DNA from: the human T2T-CHM13v2.0 reference genome, Homo sapiens | Strand: one strand, 5' to 3' | Length of the DNA: 64,000 nucleotides | NCBI RefSeq assembly: GCF_009914755.1 | Contig: NC_060937.1 | Shown here: positions 40,274 through 54,893 of the stretch, piece after piece | Layout: each line of letters begins with the position of its first letter | How positions within the stretch are numbered: position 1 is the stretch's first letter | The notes under the pieces: generated by a model | What the model was told of the DNA's origin: nothing | The model's database searches: none | Seen by the model: only the letters and a program-made list of their open reading frames with translations | Program-made: the position numbers and the translations under genes

Positions 40274-43200
40274 CCACATCCAGATACTCCAGAAAGAGTG
40301 TTTCAAACCTGCTCTATGAAAGGGAATCTTCAACTCTATGAGTTGAATGCAGACATCAGAAAGAAATTTCTGAGAATGCTGCTGTCTACCTTTTATTTGA
40401 ATTCCCGCTTCCAACGAAATCCTCCAAGCTATCCAAATATCCACTTGCAGATTCCACAAAAAGAGTGTTTCAAAACTGCTCTCTATCAATGGCAAAGTTC
40501 AACTCTGTTAGTTGAGGACACATATCACCAACAAGTTTCTGAGAATGCTTCTGTCTATTTTTTATGGGAAGATATTTCCTTTTTCACCGTAGGCGTCAAG
40601 GCGATCGAAATGTCCACTTCCACAAACTACAAAAAGAGTGTTTCAAACCTGCTCTATGAAAGGCCATGTTCATCTCTATGAGTCGAATGGAAATATCCGA
40701 AAGAAATTTCTGGGAATGCTGCTGTCTAGTTTTTATACGAATTCCCGCTTCCAACGAAATCCTCAAAGCAATCCAAATATCCACTTGCAGAATCCACAAA
40801 AAGAGTGTTTCAAAACTGCTCTATCAATAGAAAGGTTCAACTCTTTTAGTTGAGTACACACATCACAAACAAGTTTCTGAGAATGCTTCTGTCTGGCTTT
40901 TATTGGAAGACGTTTCCTTTTCACCAAAGGCATCAAAGCGCTCCAAATGTCCACTTCCAGATTCTTCCAAAAGAGTGTTTGAAACGTGCTCAAAGTAAGG
41001 GAATGTTCAACTCTGTGACTTGAATGCAGATATCACCAAGTAGTTTCTAATAGTGCTTCTGTCTAGATTTTAGATGATGATATTCCCGTTTCCAACGAAA
41101 TCGTTAGAGCTATCCAAATATCCACTTACAGTTGCTACAAAAACAGTGTTTCCAAACTGCTGCATCAAAAGAAAGGTTCAACTCTGTTAGTTGAGGACAC
41201 ACGTCACAAAGAAGTTTGTGAGAATGCTTCTGTCTAGATTTTGTATGACGATATTCCCTTTTCCAACGATATCGTTAAAGCAATCTAAATATCCATTTGC
41301 AGAATCCACAAAAATAGAGTTTCAAAGCTGCTCTGTAAAAAGAAAGGTTCCACTCTGTTAGCTGAGTACACACATCACAAACTTGTTTCTCAGAATCCTT
41401 CTGTCTCGTTTTTATGGGAAGATATTTACTTTTTCACCGTAGGCATCAAAGCGCTCCAAATGTCCACATCCAGATACTCCAGAAAGAGTGTTTCAAACCT
41501 GCTCTATGAAAGGGAATCTTCAACTCTATGAGTTGAATGCAGACATCAGAAAGAAATTTCTGAGAATGCTGCTGTCTACCTTTTATTTGAATTCCCGCTT
41601 CCAACGAAATCCTCCAAGCTATCCAAATATCCACTTGCAGATTCCACAAAAAGAGTGTTTCAAAACTGCTCTCTATCAATGGCAAAGTTCAACTCTGTTA
41701 GTTGAGGACACATATCACCAACAAGTTTCTGAGAATGCTTCTGTCTATTTTTTATGGGAAGATATTTCCTTTTTCACCGTAGGCGTCAAGGCGATCGAAA
41801 TGTCCACTTCCACAAACTACAAAAAGAGTGTTTCAAACCTGCTCTATGAAAGGCCATGTTCATCTCTATGAGTCGAATGGAAATATCCGAAAGAAATTTC
41901 TGGGAATGCTGCTGTCTAGTTTTTATACGAATTCCCGCTTCCAACGAAATCCTCAAAGCAATCCAAATATCCACTTGCAGAATCCACAAAAAGAGTGTTT
42001 CAAAACTGCTCTATCAATAGAAAGGTTCAACTCTTTTAGTTGAGTACACACATCACAAACAAGTTTCTGAGAATGCTTCTGTCTGGCTTTTATTGGAAGA
42101 CGTTTCCTTTTCACCAAAGGCATCAAAGCGCTCCAAATGTCCACTTCCAGATTCTTCCAAAAGAGTGTTTGAAACGTGCTCAAAGTAAGGGAATGTTCAA
42201 CTCTGTGACTTGAATGCAGATATCACCAAGTAGTTTCTAATAGTGCTTCTGTCTAGATTTTAGATGATGATATTCCCGTTTCCAACGAAATCGTTAGAGC
42301 TATCCAAATATCCACTTACAGTTTCTACAAAAAGAGTGTTTCCAAACTGCTGCATCAAAAGAAAGGTTCAACTCTGTTAGTTGAGGACACACATCACAAA
42401 GAAGTTTGTGAGAATGCTTCTGTCTAGATTTTGTATGACCATATTCCCTTTTCCAGCGATATCATTAAAGCAATCTAAATATCCATTTGCAGAATCCACA
42501 AAAATAGAGTTTCAAAGCTGCTCTGTAAAAAGAAAGGTTCCACTCTGTTAGCTGAGTACACACATCACAAACTTGTTTCTCAGAATCCTTCTGTCTCGTT
42601 TTTATGGGAAGATATTTACTTTTTCACCGTAGGCATCAAAGCGCTCCAAATGTCCACATCCAGATACTCCAGAAAGAGTGTTTCAAACCTGCTCTATGAA
42701 AGGGAATCTTCAACTCTATGAGTTGAATGCAGACATCAGAAAGAAATTTCTGAGAATGCTGCTGTCTACCTTTTATTTGAATTCCCGCTTCCAACGAAAT
42801 CCTCCAAGCTATCCAAATATCCACCTGCATTTTCCACAAAAAGAGCGTTTCAAAACTGCTCTATCAATAGAAATGTTCAACTCCTTTGGCTGGGTACACA
42901 CATCACAAACAAGTTTCTGAGAATGCTTCTGTCTAGTTTTTATGGGAAGACATTCCCTTATTCACCAAAGGCATCAAAGCGCTCCAAATGTCCACTTCCA
43001 GACACTACAAAAAGAGTGTTTCCAACGTGCTCTAAGAAAGCGAATGTTCAACTCTGTGACTTGAATGCAGATATCACAAAGTAGTTTCTGAGAGGGCTTC
43101 TGTCTAGATTTTAGATGATGATATTCCCGTTTCCAACGAAATCATTAGAGCTATCCAAATATCCACTTACAGTTTCTACAAAAAGAGTGTTTCCAAACTG

Positions 43201-46200
43201 CTGCATCAAAAGAGAGGTTCCACTCTGTTAGCTGAGTACACACATCACAAACTTGTTTCTCAGAATCCTTCTGTCTCGTTTTTCTGGGAAGATATTTACT
43301 TTTTCACCGTAGGCATCAAAGCGCTCCAAATGTCCACATCCAGATACTCCAGAAAGAGTGTTTCAAACCTGCTCTATGAAAGGGAATCTTCAACTCTATG
43401 AGTTGAATGCAGACATCAGAAAGAAATTTCTGAGAATGCTGCTGTCTACCTTTTATTTGAATTCCCGCTTCCAACGAAATCCTCCAAGCTATCCAAATAT
43501 CCACTTGCAGATTCCACAAAAAGAGTGTTTCAAAACTGCTCTCTATCAATGGCAAAGTTCAACTCTGTTAGTTGAGGACACATATCACCAACAAGTTTCT
43601 GAGAATGCTTCTGTCTATTTTTTATGGGAAGATATTTCCTTTTTCACCGTAGGCGTCAAGGCGATCGAAATGTCCACTTCCACAAACTACAAAAAGAGTG
43701 TTTCAAACCTGCTCTATGAAAGGCCATGTTCATCTCTATGAGTCGAATGGAAATATCCGAAAGAAATTTCTGGGAATGCTGCTGTCTAGTTTTTATACGA
43801 ATTCCCGCTTCCAACGAAATCCTCAAAGCAATCCAAATATCCACTTGCAGAATCCACAAAAAGAGTGTTTCAAAACTGCTCTATCAATAGAAAGGTTCAA
43901 CTCTTTTAGTTGAGTACACACATCACAAACAAGTTTCTGAGAATGCTTCTGTCTGGCTTTTATTGGAAGACGTTTCCTTTTCACCAAAGGCATCAAAGCG
44001 CTCCAAATGTCCACTTCCAGATTCTTCCAAAAGAGTGTTTGAAACGTGCTCAAAGTAAGGGAATGTTCAACTCTGTGACTTGAATGCAGATATCACCAAG
44101 TAGTTTCTAATAGTGCTTCTGTCTAGATTTTAGATGATGATATTCCCGTTTCCAACGAAATCGTTAGAGCTATCCAAATATCCACTTACAGTTTCTACAA
44201 AAAGAGTGTTTCCAAACTGCTGCATCAAAAGAAAGGTTCAACTCTGTTAGTTGAGGACACACATCACAAAGAAGTTTGTGAGAATGCTTCTGTCTAGATT
44301 TTGTATGACCATATTCCCTTTTCCAGCGATATCATTAAAGCAATCTAAATATCCATTTGCAGAATCCACAAAAATAGAGTTTCAAAGCTGCTCTGTAAAA
44401 AGAAAGGTTCCACTCTGTTAGCTGAGTACACACATCACAAACTTGTTTCTCAGAATCCTTCTGTCTCGTTTTTATGGGAAGATATTTACTTTTTCACCAT
44501 AGGCATCAAAGCGCTCCAAATGTCCACATCCAGATACTCCAGAAAGAGTGTTTCAAACCTGCTCTATGAAAGGGAATCTTCAACTCTATGAGTTGAATGC
44601 AGACATCAGAAAGAAATTTCTGAGAATGCTGCTGTCTACCTTTTATTTGAATTCCCGCTTCCAACGAAATCCTCCAAGCTATCCAAATATCCACCTGCAT
44701 TTTCCACAAAAAGAGCGTTTCAAAACTGCTCTATCAATAGAAATGTTCAACTCCTTTGGCTGGGTACACACATCACAAACAAGTTTCTGAGAATGCTTCT
44801 GTCTAGTTTTTATGGGAAGACATTCCCTTTTTCACCAAAGGCATCAAAGCACTCCAAATGTCCACTTCCAGACACTACAAAAAGAGTGTTTCCAACGTGC
44901 TCTAAGAAAGCGAATGTTCAACTCTGTGACTTGAATGCAGATATCACAAAGTAGTTTCTGAGAGGGCTTCTGTCTAGATTTTAGATGATGATATTCCCGT
45001 TTCCAACGAAATCATTAGAGCTATCCAAATATCCACTTACAGTTTCTACAAAAAGAGTGTTTCCAAACTGCTGCATCAAAAGAGAGGTTCCACTCTGTTA
45101 GCTGAGTACACACATCACAAACTTGTTTCTCAGAATCCTTCTGTCTCGTTTTTCTGGGAAGATATTTACTTTTTCACCGTAGGCATCAAAGCGCTCCAAA
45201 TGTCCACATCCAGATACTCCAGAAAGAGTGTTTCAAACCTGCTCTATGAAAGGGAATCTTCAACTCTATGAGTTGAATGCAGACATCAGAAAGAAATTTC
45301 TGAGAATGCTGCTGTCTACCTTTTATTTGAATTCCCGCTTCCAACGAAATCCTCCAAGCTATCCAAATATCCACTTGCAGATTCCACAAAAAGAGTGTTT
45401 CAAAACTGCTCTCTATCAATGGCAAAGTTCAACTCTGTTAGTTGAGGACACATATCACCAACAAGTTTCTGAGAATGCTTCTGTCTATTTTTTATGGGAA
45501 GATATTTCCTTTTTCACCGTAGGCGTCAAGGCGATCGAAATGTCCACTTCCACAAACTACAAAAAGAGTGTTTCAAACCTGCTCTATGAAAGGCCATGTT
45601 CATCTCTATGAGTCGAATGGAAATATCCGAAAGAAATTTCTGGGAATGCTGCTGTCTAGTTTTTATACGAATTCCCGCTTCCAACGAAATCCTCAAAGCA
45701 ATCCAAATATCCACTTGCAGAATCCACAAAAAGAGTGTTTCAAAACTGCTCTATCAATAGAAAGGTTCAACTCTTTTAGTTGAGTACACACATCACAAAC
45801 AAGTTTCTGAGAATGCTTCTGTCTGGCTTTTATTGGAAGACGTTTCCTTTTCACCAAAGGCATCAAAGCGCTCCAAATGTCCACTTCCAGATTCTTCCAA
45901 AAGAGTGTTTGAAACGTGCTCAAAGTAAGGGAATGTTCAACTCTGTGACTTGAATGCAGATATCACCAAGTAGTTTCTAATAGTGCTTCTGTCTAGATTT
46001 TAGATGATGATATTCCCGTTTCCAACGAAATCGTTAGAGCTATCCAAATATCCACTTACAGTTGCTACAAAAACAGTGTTTCCAAACTGCTGCATCAAAA
46101 GAAAGGTTCAACTCTGTTAGTTGAGGACACACGTCACAAAGAAGTTTGTGAGAATGCTTCTGTCTAGATTTTGTATGACGATATTCCCTTTTCCAACGAT

Positions 46201-49200
46201 ATCGTTAAAGCAATCTAAATATCCATTTGCAGAATCCACAAAAATAGAGTTTCAAAGCTGCTCTGTAAAAAGAAAGGTTCCACTCTGTTAGCTGAGTACA
46301 CACATCACAAACTTGTTTCTCAGAATCCTTCTGTCTCGTTTTTATGGGAAGATATTTACTTTTTCACCGTAGGCATCAAAGCGCTCCAAATGTCCACATC
46401 CAGATACTCCAGAAAGAGTGTTTCAAACCTGCTCTATGAAAGGGAATCTTCAACTCTATGAGTTGAATGCAGACATCAGAAAGAAATTTCTGAGAATGCT
46501 GCTGTCTACCTTTTATTTGAATTCCCGCTTCCAACGAAATCCTCCAAGCTATCCAAATATCCACTTGCAGATTCCACAAAAAGAGTGTTTCAAAACTGCT
46601 CTCTATCAATGGCAAAGTTCAACTCTGTTAGTTGAGGACACATATCACCAACAAGTTTCTGAGAATGCTTCTGTCTATTTTTTATGGGAAGATATTTCCT
46701 TTTTCACCGTAGGCGTCAAGGCGATCGAAATGTCCACTTCCACAAACTACAAAAAGAGTGTTTCAAACCTGCTCTATGAAAGGCCATGTTCATCTCTATG
46801 AGTCGAATGGAAATATCCGAAAGAAATTTCTGGGAATGCTGCTGTCTAGTTTTTATACGAATTCCCGCTTCCAACGAAATCCTCAAAGCAATCCAAATAT
46901 CCACTTGCAGAATCCACAAAAAGAGTGTTTCAAAACTGCTCTATCAATAGAAAGGTTCAACTCTTTTAGTTGAGTACACACATCACAAACAAGTTTCTGA
47001 GAATGCTTCTGTCTGGCTTTTATTGGAAGACGTTTCCTTTTCACCAAAGGCATCAAAGCGCTCCAAATGTCCACTTCCAGATTCTTCCAAAAGAGTGTTT
47101 GAAACGTGCTCAAAGTAAGGGAATGTTCAACTCTGTGACTTGAATGCAGATATCACCAAGTAGTTTCTAATAGTGCTTCTGTCTAGATTTTAGATGATGA
47201 TATTCCCGTTTCCAACGAAATCGTTAGAGCTATCCAAATATCCACTTACAGTTTCTACAAAAAGAGTGTTTCCAAACTGCTGCATCAAAAGAAAGGTTCA
47301 ACTCTGTTAGTTGAGGACACACATCACAAAGAAGTTTGTGAGAATGCTTCTGTCTAGATTTTGTATGACCATATTCCCTTTTCCAGCGATATCATTAAAG
47401 CAATCTAAATATCCATTTGCAGAATCCACAAAAATAGAGTTTCAAAGCTGCTCTGTAAAAAGAAAGGTTCCACTCTGTTAGCTGAGTACACACATCACAA
47501 ACTTGTTTCTCAGAATCCTTCTGTCTCGTTTTTATGGGAAGATATTTACTTTTTCACCGTAGGCATCAAAGCGCTCCAAATGTCCACATCCAGATACTCC
47601 AGAAAGAGTGTTTCAAACCTGCTCTATGAAAGGGAATCTTCAACTCTATGAGTTGAATGCAGACATCAGAAAGAAATTTCTGAGAATGCTGCTGTCTACC
47701 TTTTATTTGAATTCCCGCTTCCAACGAAATCCTCCAAGCTATCCAAATATCCACCTGCATTTTCCACAAAAAGAGCGTTTCAAAACTGCTCTATCAATAG
47801 AAATGTTCAACTCCTTTGGCTGGGTACACACATCACAAACAAGTTTCTGAGAATGCTTCTGTCTAGTTTTTATGGGAAGACATTCTCTTTTTCACCAAAG
47901 GCATCAAAGCGCTCCAAATGTCCACTTCCAGACACTACAAAAAGAGTGTTTCCAACGTGCTCTAAGAAAGCGAATGTTCAACTCTGTGACTTGAATGCAG
48001 ATATCACAAAGTAGTTTCTGAGAGGGCTTCTGTCTAGATTTTAGATGATGATATTCCCGTTTCCAACGAAATCATTAGAGCTATCCAAATATCCACTTAC
48101 AGTTTCTACAAAAAGAGTGTTTCCAAACTGCTGCATCAAAAGAGAGGTTCCACTCTGTTAGCTGAGTACACACATCACAAACTTGTTTCTCAGAATCCTT
48201 CTGTCTCGTTTTTATGGGAAGATATTTACTTTTTCACCGTAGGCATCAAAGCGCTCCAAATGTCCACATCCAGATACTCCAGAAAGAGTGTTTCAAACCT
48301 GCTCTATGAAAGGGAATCTTCAACTCTATGAGTTGAATGCAGACATCAGAAAGAAATTTCTGAGAATGCTGCTGTCTACCTTTTATTTGAATTCCCGCTT
48401 CCAACGAAATCCTCCAAGCTATCCAAATATCCACTTGCAGATTCCACAAAAAGAGTGTTTCAAAACTGCTCTCTATCAATGGCAAAGTTCAACTCTGTTA
48501 GTTGAGGACACATATCACCAACAAGTTTCTGAGAATGCTTCTGTCTATTTTTTATGGGAAGATATTTCCTTTTTCACCGTAGGCGTCAAGGCGATCGAAA
48601 TGTCCACTTCCACAAACTACAAAAAGAGTGTTTCAAACCTGCTCTATGAAAGGCCATGTTCATCTCTATGAGTCGAATGGAAATATCCGAAAGAAATTTC
48701 TGGGAATGCTGCTGTCTAGTTTTTATACGAATTCCCGCTTCCAACGAAATCCTCAAAGCAATCCAAATATCCACTTGCAGAATCCACAAAAAGAGTGTTT
48801 CAAAACTGCTCTATCAATAGAAAGGTTCAACTCTTTTAGTTGAGTACACACATCACAAACAAGTTTCTGAGAATGCTTCTGTCTGGCTTTTATTGGAAGA
48901 CGTTTCCTTTTCACCAAAGGCATCAAAGCGCTCCAAATGTCCACTTCCAGATTCTTCCAAAAGAGTGTTTGAAACGTGCTCAAAGTAAGGGAATGTTCAA
49001 CTCTGTGACTTGAATGCAGATATCACCAAGTAGTTTCTAATAGTGCTTCTGTCTAGATTTTAGATGATGATATTCCCGTTTCCAACGAAATCGTTAGAGC
49101 TATCCAAATATCCACTTACAGTTTCTACAAAAAGAGTGTTTCCAAACTGCTGCATCAAAAGAAAGGTTCAACTCTGTTAGTTGAGGACACACATCACAAA

Positions 49201-50133
49201 GAAGTTTGTGAGAATGCTTCTGTCTAGATTTTGTATGACCATATTCCCTTTTCCAGCGATATCATTAAAGCAATCTAAATATCCATTTGCAGAATCCACA
49301 AAAATAGAGTTTCAAAGCTGCTCTGTAAAAAGAAAGGTTCCACTCTGTTAGCTGAGTACACACATCACAAACTTGTTTCTCAGAATCCTTCTGTCTCGTT
49401 TTTCTGGGAAGATATTTACTTTTTCACCGTAGGCATCAAAGCGCTCCAAATGTCCACATCCAGATACTCCAGAAAGAGTGTTTCAAACCTGCTCTATGAA
49501 AGGGAATCTTCAACTCTATGAGTTGAATGCAGACATCAGAAAGAAATTTCTGAGAATGCTGCTGTCTACCTTTTATTTGAATTCCCGCTTCCAACGAAAT
49601 CCTCCAAGCTATCCAAATATCCACCTGCATTTTCCACAAAAAGAGCGTTTCAAAACTGCTCTATCAATAGAAATGTTCAACTCCTTTGGCTGGGTACACA
49701 CATCACAAACAAGTTTCTGAGAATGCTTCTGTCTAGTTTTTATGGGAAGACATTCCCTTTTTCACCAAAGGCATCAAAGCACTCCAAATGTCCACTTCCA
49801 GACACTACAAAAAGAGTGTTTCCAACGTGCTCTAAGAAAGCGAATGTTCAACTCTGTGACTTGAATGCAGATATCACAAAGTAGTTTCTGAGAGGGCTTC
49901 TGTCTAGATTTTAGATGATGATATTCCCGTTTCCAACGAAATCATTAGAGCTATCCAAATATCCACTTACAGTTTCTACAAAAAGAGTGTTTCCAAACTG
50001 CTGCATCAAAAGAGAGGTTCCACTCTGTTAGCTGAGTACACACATCACAAACTTGTTTCTCAGAATCCTTCTGTCTCGTTTTTCTGGGAAGATATTTACT
50101 TTTTCACCGTAGGCATCAAAGCGCTCCAAATGT
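40274..50133. repeat. Tandem super-HOR duplication, 2 x 4930 bp (7-7-4-7-4)
   Basis: Cassette order repeats at a 4930 offset. The rare variant aaagcActcc occurs at 44851 and 49781; acGtcac occurs at 41203 and 46133. Confidence 0.75.
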
Positions 50134-53100
50134 CCACATCCAGATACTCCAGAAAGAGTGTTTCAAACCTGCTCTATGAAAGGGAATCTTCAACTCTATG
50201 AGTTGAATGCAGACATCAGAAAGAAATTTCTGAGAATGCTGCTGTCTACCTTTTATTTGAATTCCCGCTTCCAACGAAATCCTCCAAGCTATCCAAATAT
50301 CCACTTGCAGATTCCACAAAAAGAGTGTTTCAAAACTGCTCTCTATCAATGGCAAAGTTCAACTCTGTTAGTTGAGGACACATATCACCAACAAGTTTCT
50401 GAGAATGCTTCTGTCTATTTTTTATGGGAAGATATTTCCTTTTTCACCGTAGGCGTCAAGGCGATCGAAATGTCCACTTCCACAAACTACAAAAAGAGTG
50501 TTTCAAACCTGCTCTATGAAAGGCCATGTTCATCTCTATGAGTCGAATGGAAATATCCGAAAGAAATTTCTGGGAATGCTGCTGTCTAGTTTTTATACGA
50601 ATTCCCGCTTCCAACGAAATCCTCAAAGCAATCCAAATATCCACTTGCAGAATCCACAAAAAGAGTGTTTCAAAACTGCTCTATCAATAGAAAGGTTCAA
50701 CTCTTTTAGTTGAGTACACACATCACAAACAAGTTTCTGAGAATGCTTCTGTCTGGCTTTTATTGGAAGACGTTTCCTTTTCACCAAAGGCATCAAAGCG
50801 CTCCAAATGTCCACTTCCAGATTCTTCCAAAAGAGTGTTTGAAACGTGCTCAAAGTAAGGGAATGTTCAACTCTGTGACTTGAATGCAGATATCACCAAG
50901 TAGTTTCTAATAGTGCTTCTGTCTAGATTTTAGATGATGATATTCCCGTTTCCAACGAAATCGTTAGAGCTATCCAAATATCCACTTACAGTTGCTACAA
51001 AAACAGTGTTTCCAAACTGCTGCATCAAAAGAAAGGTTCAACTCTGTTAGTTGAGGACACACGTCACAAAGAAGTTTGTGAGAATGCTTCTGTCTAGATT
51101 TTGTATGACGATATTCCCTTTTCCAACGATATCATTAAAGCAATCTAAATATCCATTTGCAGAATCCACAAAAATAGAGTTTCAAAGCTGCTCTGTAAAA
51201 AGAAAGGTTCCACTCTGTTAGCTGAGTACACACATCACAAACTTGTTTCTCAGAATCCTTCTGTCTCGTTTTTATGGGAAGATATTTACTTTTTCACCGT
51301 AGGCATCAAAGCGCTCCAAATGTCCACATCCAGATACTCCAGAAAGAGTGTTTCAAACCTGCTCTATGAAAGGGAATCTTCAACTCTATGAGTTGAATGC
51401 AGACATCAGAAAGAAATTTCTGAGAATGCTGCTGTCTACCTTTTATTTGAATTCCCGCTTCCAACGAAATCCTCCAAGCTATCCAAATATCCACTTGCAG
51501 ATTCCACAAAAAGAGTGTTTCAAAACTGCTCTCTATCAATGGCAAAGTTCAACTCTGTTAGTTGAGGACACATATCACCAACAAGTTTCTGAGAATGCTT
51601 CTGTCTATTTTTTATGGGAAGATATTTCCTTTTTCACCGTAGGCGTCAAGGCGATCGAAATGTCCACTTCCACAAACTACAAAAAGAGTGTTTCAAACCT
51701 GCTCTATGAAAGGCCATGTTCATCTCTATGAGTCGAATGGAAATATCCGAAAGAAATTTCTGGGAATGCTGCTGTCTAGTTTTTATACGAATTCCCGCTT
51801 CCAACGAAATCCTCAAAGCAATCCAAATATCCACTTGCAGAATCCACAAAAAGAGTGTTTCAAAACTGCTCTATCAATAGAAAGGTTCAACTCTTTTAGT
51901 TGAGTACACACATCACAAACAAGTTTCTGAGAATGCTTCTGTCTGGCTTTTATTGGAAGACGTTTCCTTTTCACCAAAGGCATCAAAGCGCTCCAAATGT
52001 CCACTTCCAGATTCTTCCAAAAGAGTGTTTGAAACGTGCTCAAAGTAAGGGAATGTTCAACTCTGTGACTTGAATGCAGATATCACCAAGTAGTTTCTAA
52101 TAGTGTTTCTGTCTAGATTTTAGATGATGATATTCCCGTTTCCAACGAAATCGTTAGAGCTATCCAAATATCCACTTACAGTTGCTACAAAAACAGTGTT
52201 TCCAAACTGCTGCATCAAAAGAAAGGTTCAACTCTGTTAGTTGAGGACACACGTCACAAAGAAGTTTGTGAGAATGCTTCTGTCTAGATTTTGTATGACG
52301 ATATTCCCTTTTCCAACGATATCATTAAAGCAATCTAAATATCCATTTGCAGAATCCACAAAAATAGAGTTTCAAAGCTGCTCTGTAAAAAGAAAGGTTC
52401 CACTCTGTTAGCTGAGTACACACATCACAAACTTGTTTCTCAGAATCCTTCTGTCTCGTTTTTATGGGAAGATATTTACTTTTTCACCGTAGGCATCAAA
52501 GCGCTCCAAATGTCCACATCCAGATACTCCAGAAAGAGTGTTTCAAACCTGCTCTATGAAAGGGAATCTTCAACTCTATGAGTTGAATGCAGACATCAGA
52601 AAGAAATTTCTGAGAATGCTGCTGTCTACCTTTTATTTGAATTCCCGCTTCCAACGAAATCCTCCAAGCTATCCAAATATCCACTTGCAGATTCCACAAA
52701 AAGAGTGTTTCAAAACTGCTCTCTATCAATGGCAAAGTTCAACTCTGTTAGTTGAGGACACATATCACCAACAAGTTTCTGAGAATGCTTCTGTCTATTT
52801 TTTATGGGAAGATATTTCCTTTTTCACCGTAGGCGTCAAGGCGATCGAAATGTCCACTTCCACAAACTACAAAAAGAGTGTTTCAAACCTGCTCTATGAA
52901 AGGCCATGTTCATCTCTATGAGTCGAATGGAAATATCCGAAAGAAATTTCTGGGAATGCTGCTGTCTAGTTTTTATACGAATTCCCGCTTCCAACGAAAT
53001 CCTCAAAGCAATCCAAATATCCACTTGCAGAATCCACAAAAAGAGTGTTTCAAAACTGCTCTATCAATAGAAAGGTTCAACTCTTTTAGTTGAGTACACA

Positions 53101-54893
53101 CATCACAAACAAGTTTCTGAGAATGCTTCTGTCTGGCTTTTATTGGAAGACGTTTCCTTTTCACCAAAGGCATCAAAGCGCTCCAAATGTCCACTTCCAG
53201 ATTCTTCCAAAAGAGTGTTTGAAACGTGCTCAAAGTAAGGGAATGTTCAACTCTGTGACTTGAATGCAGATATCACCAAGTAGTTTCTAATAGTGCTTCT
53301 GTCTAGATTTTAGATGATGATATTCCCGTTTCCAACGAAATCGTTAGAGCTATCCAAATATCCACTTACAGTTGCTACAAAAACAGTGTTTCCAAACTGC
53401 TGCATCAAAAGAAAGGTTCAACTCTGTTAGTTGAGGACACACGTCACAAAGAAGTTTGTGAGAATGCTTCTGTCTAGATTTTGTATGACGATATTCCCTT
53501 TTCCAACGATATCATTAAAGCAATCTAAATATCCATTTGCAGAATCCACAAAAATAGAGTTTCAAAGCTGCTCTGTAAAAAGAAAGGTTCCACTCTGTTA
53601 GCTGAGTACACACATCACAAACTTGTTTCTCAGAATCCTTCTGTCTCGTTTTTATGGGAAGATATTTACTTTTTCACCGTAGGCATCAAAGCGCTCCAAA
53701 TGTCCACATCCAGATACTCCAGAAAGAGTGTTTCAAACCTGCTCTATGAAAGGGAATCTTCAACTCTATGAGTTGAATGCAGACATCAGAAAGAAATTTC
53801 TGAGAATGCTGCTGTCTACCTTTTATTTGAATTCCCGCTTCCAACGAAATCCTCCAAGCTATCCAAATATCCACTTGCAGATTCCACAAAAAGAGTGTTT
53901 CAAAACTGCTCTCTATCAATGGCAAAGTTCAACTCTGTTAGTTGAGGACACATATCACCAACAAGTTTCTGAGAATGCTTCTGTCTATTTTTTATGGGAA
54001 GATATTTCCTTTTTCACCGTAGGCGTCAAGGCGATCGAAATGTCCACTTCCACAAACTACAAAAAGAGTGTTTCAAACCTGCTCTATGAAAGGCCATGTT
54101 CATCTCTATGAGTCGAATGGAAATATCCGAAAGAAATTTCTGGGAATGCTGCTGTCTAGTTTTTATACGAATTCCCGCTTCCAACGAAATCCTCAAAGCA
54201 ATCCAAATATCCACTTGCAGAATCCACAAAAAGAGTGTTTCAAAACTGCTCTATCAATAGAAAGGTTCAACTCTTTTAGTTGAGTACACACATCACAAAC
54301 AAGTTTCTGAGAATGCTTCTGTCTGGCTTTTATTGGAAGACGTTTCCTTTTCACCAAAGGCATCAAAGCGCTCCAAATGTCCACTTCCAGATTCTTCCAA
54401 AAGAGTGTTTGAAACGTGCTCAAAGTAAGGGAATGTTCAACTCTGTGACTTGAATGCAGATATCACCAAGTAGTTTCTAATAGTGCTTCTGTCTAGATTT
54501 TAGATGATGATATTCCCGTTTCCAACGAAATCGTTAGAGCTATCCAAATATCCACTTACAGTTGCTACAAAAACAGTGTTTCCAAACTGCTGCATCAAAA
54601 GAAAGGTTCAACTCTGTTAGTTGAGGACACACGTCACAAAGAAGTTTGTGAGAATGCTTCTGTCTAGATTTTGTATGACGATATTCCCTTTTCCAACGAT
54701 ATCATTAAAGCAATCTAAATATCCATTTGCAGAATCCACAAAAATAGAGTTTCAAAGCTGCTCTGTAAAAAGAAAGGTTCCACTCTGTTAGCTGAGTACA
54801 CACATCACAAACTTGTTTCTCAGAATCCTTCTGTCTCGTTTTTATGGGAAGATATTTACTTTTTCACCGTAGGCATCAAAGCGCTCCAAATGT

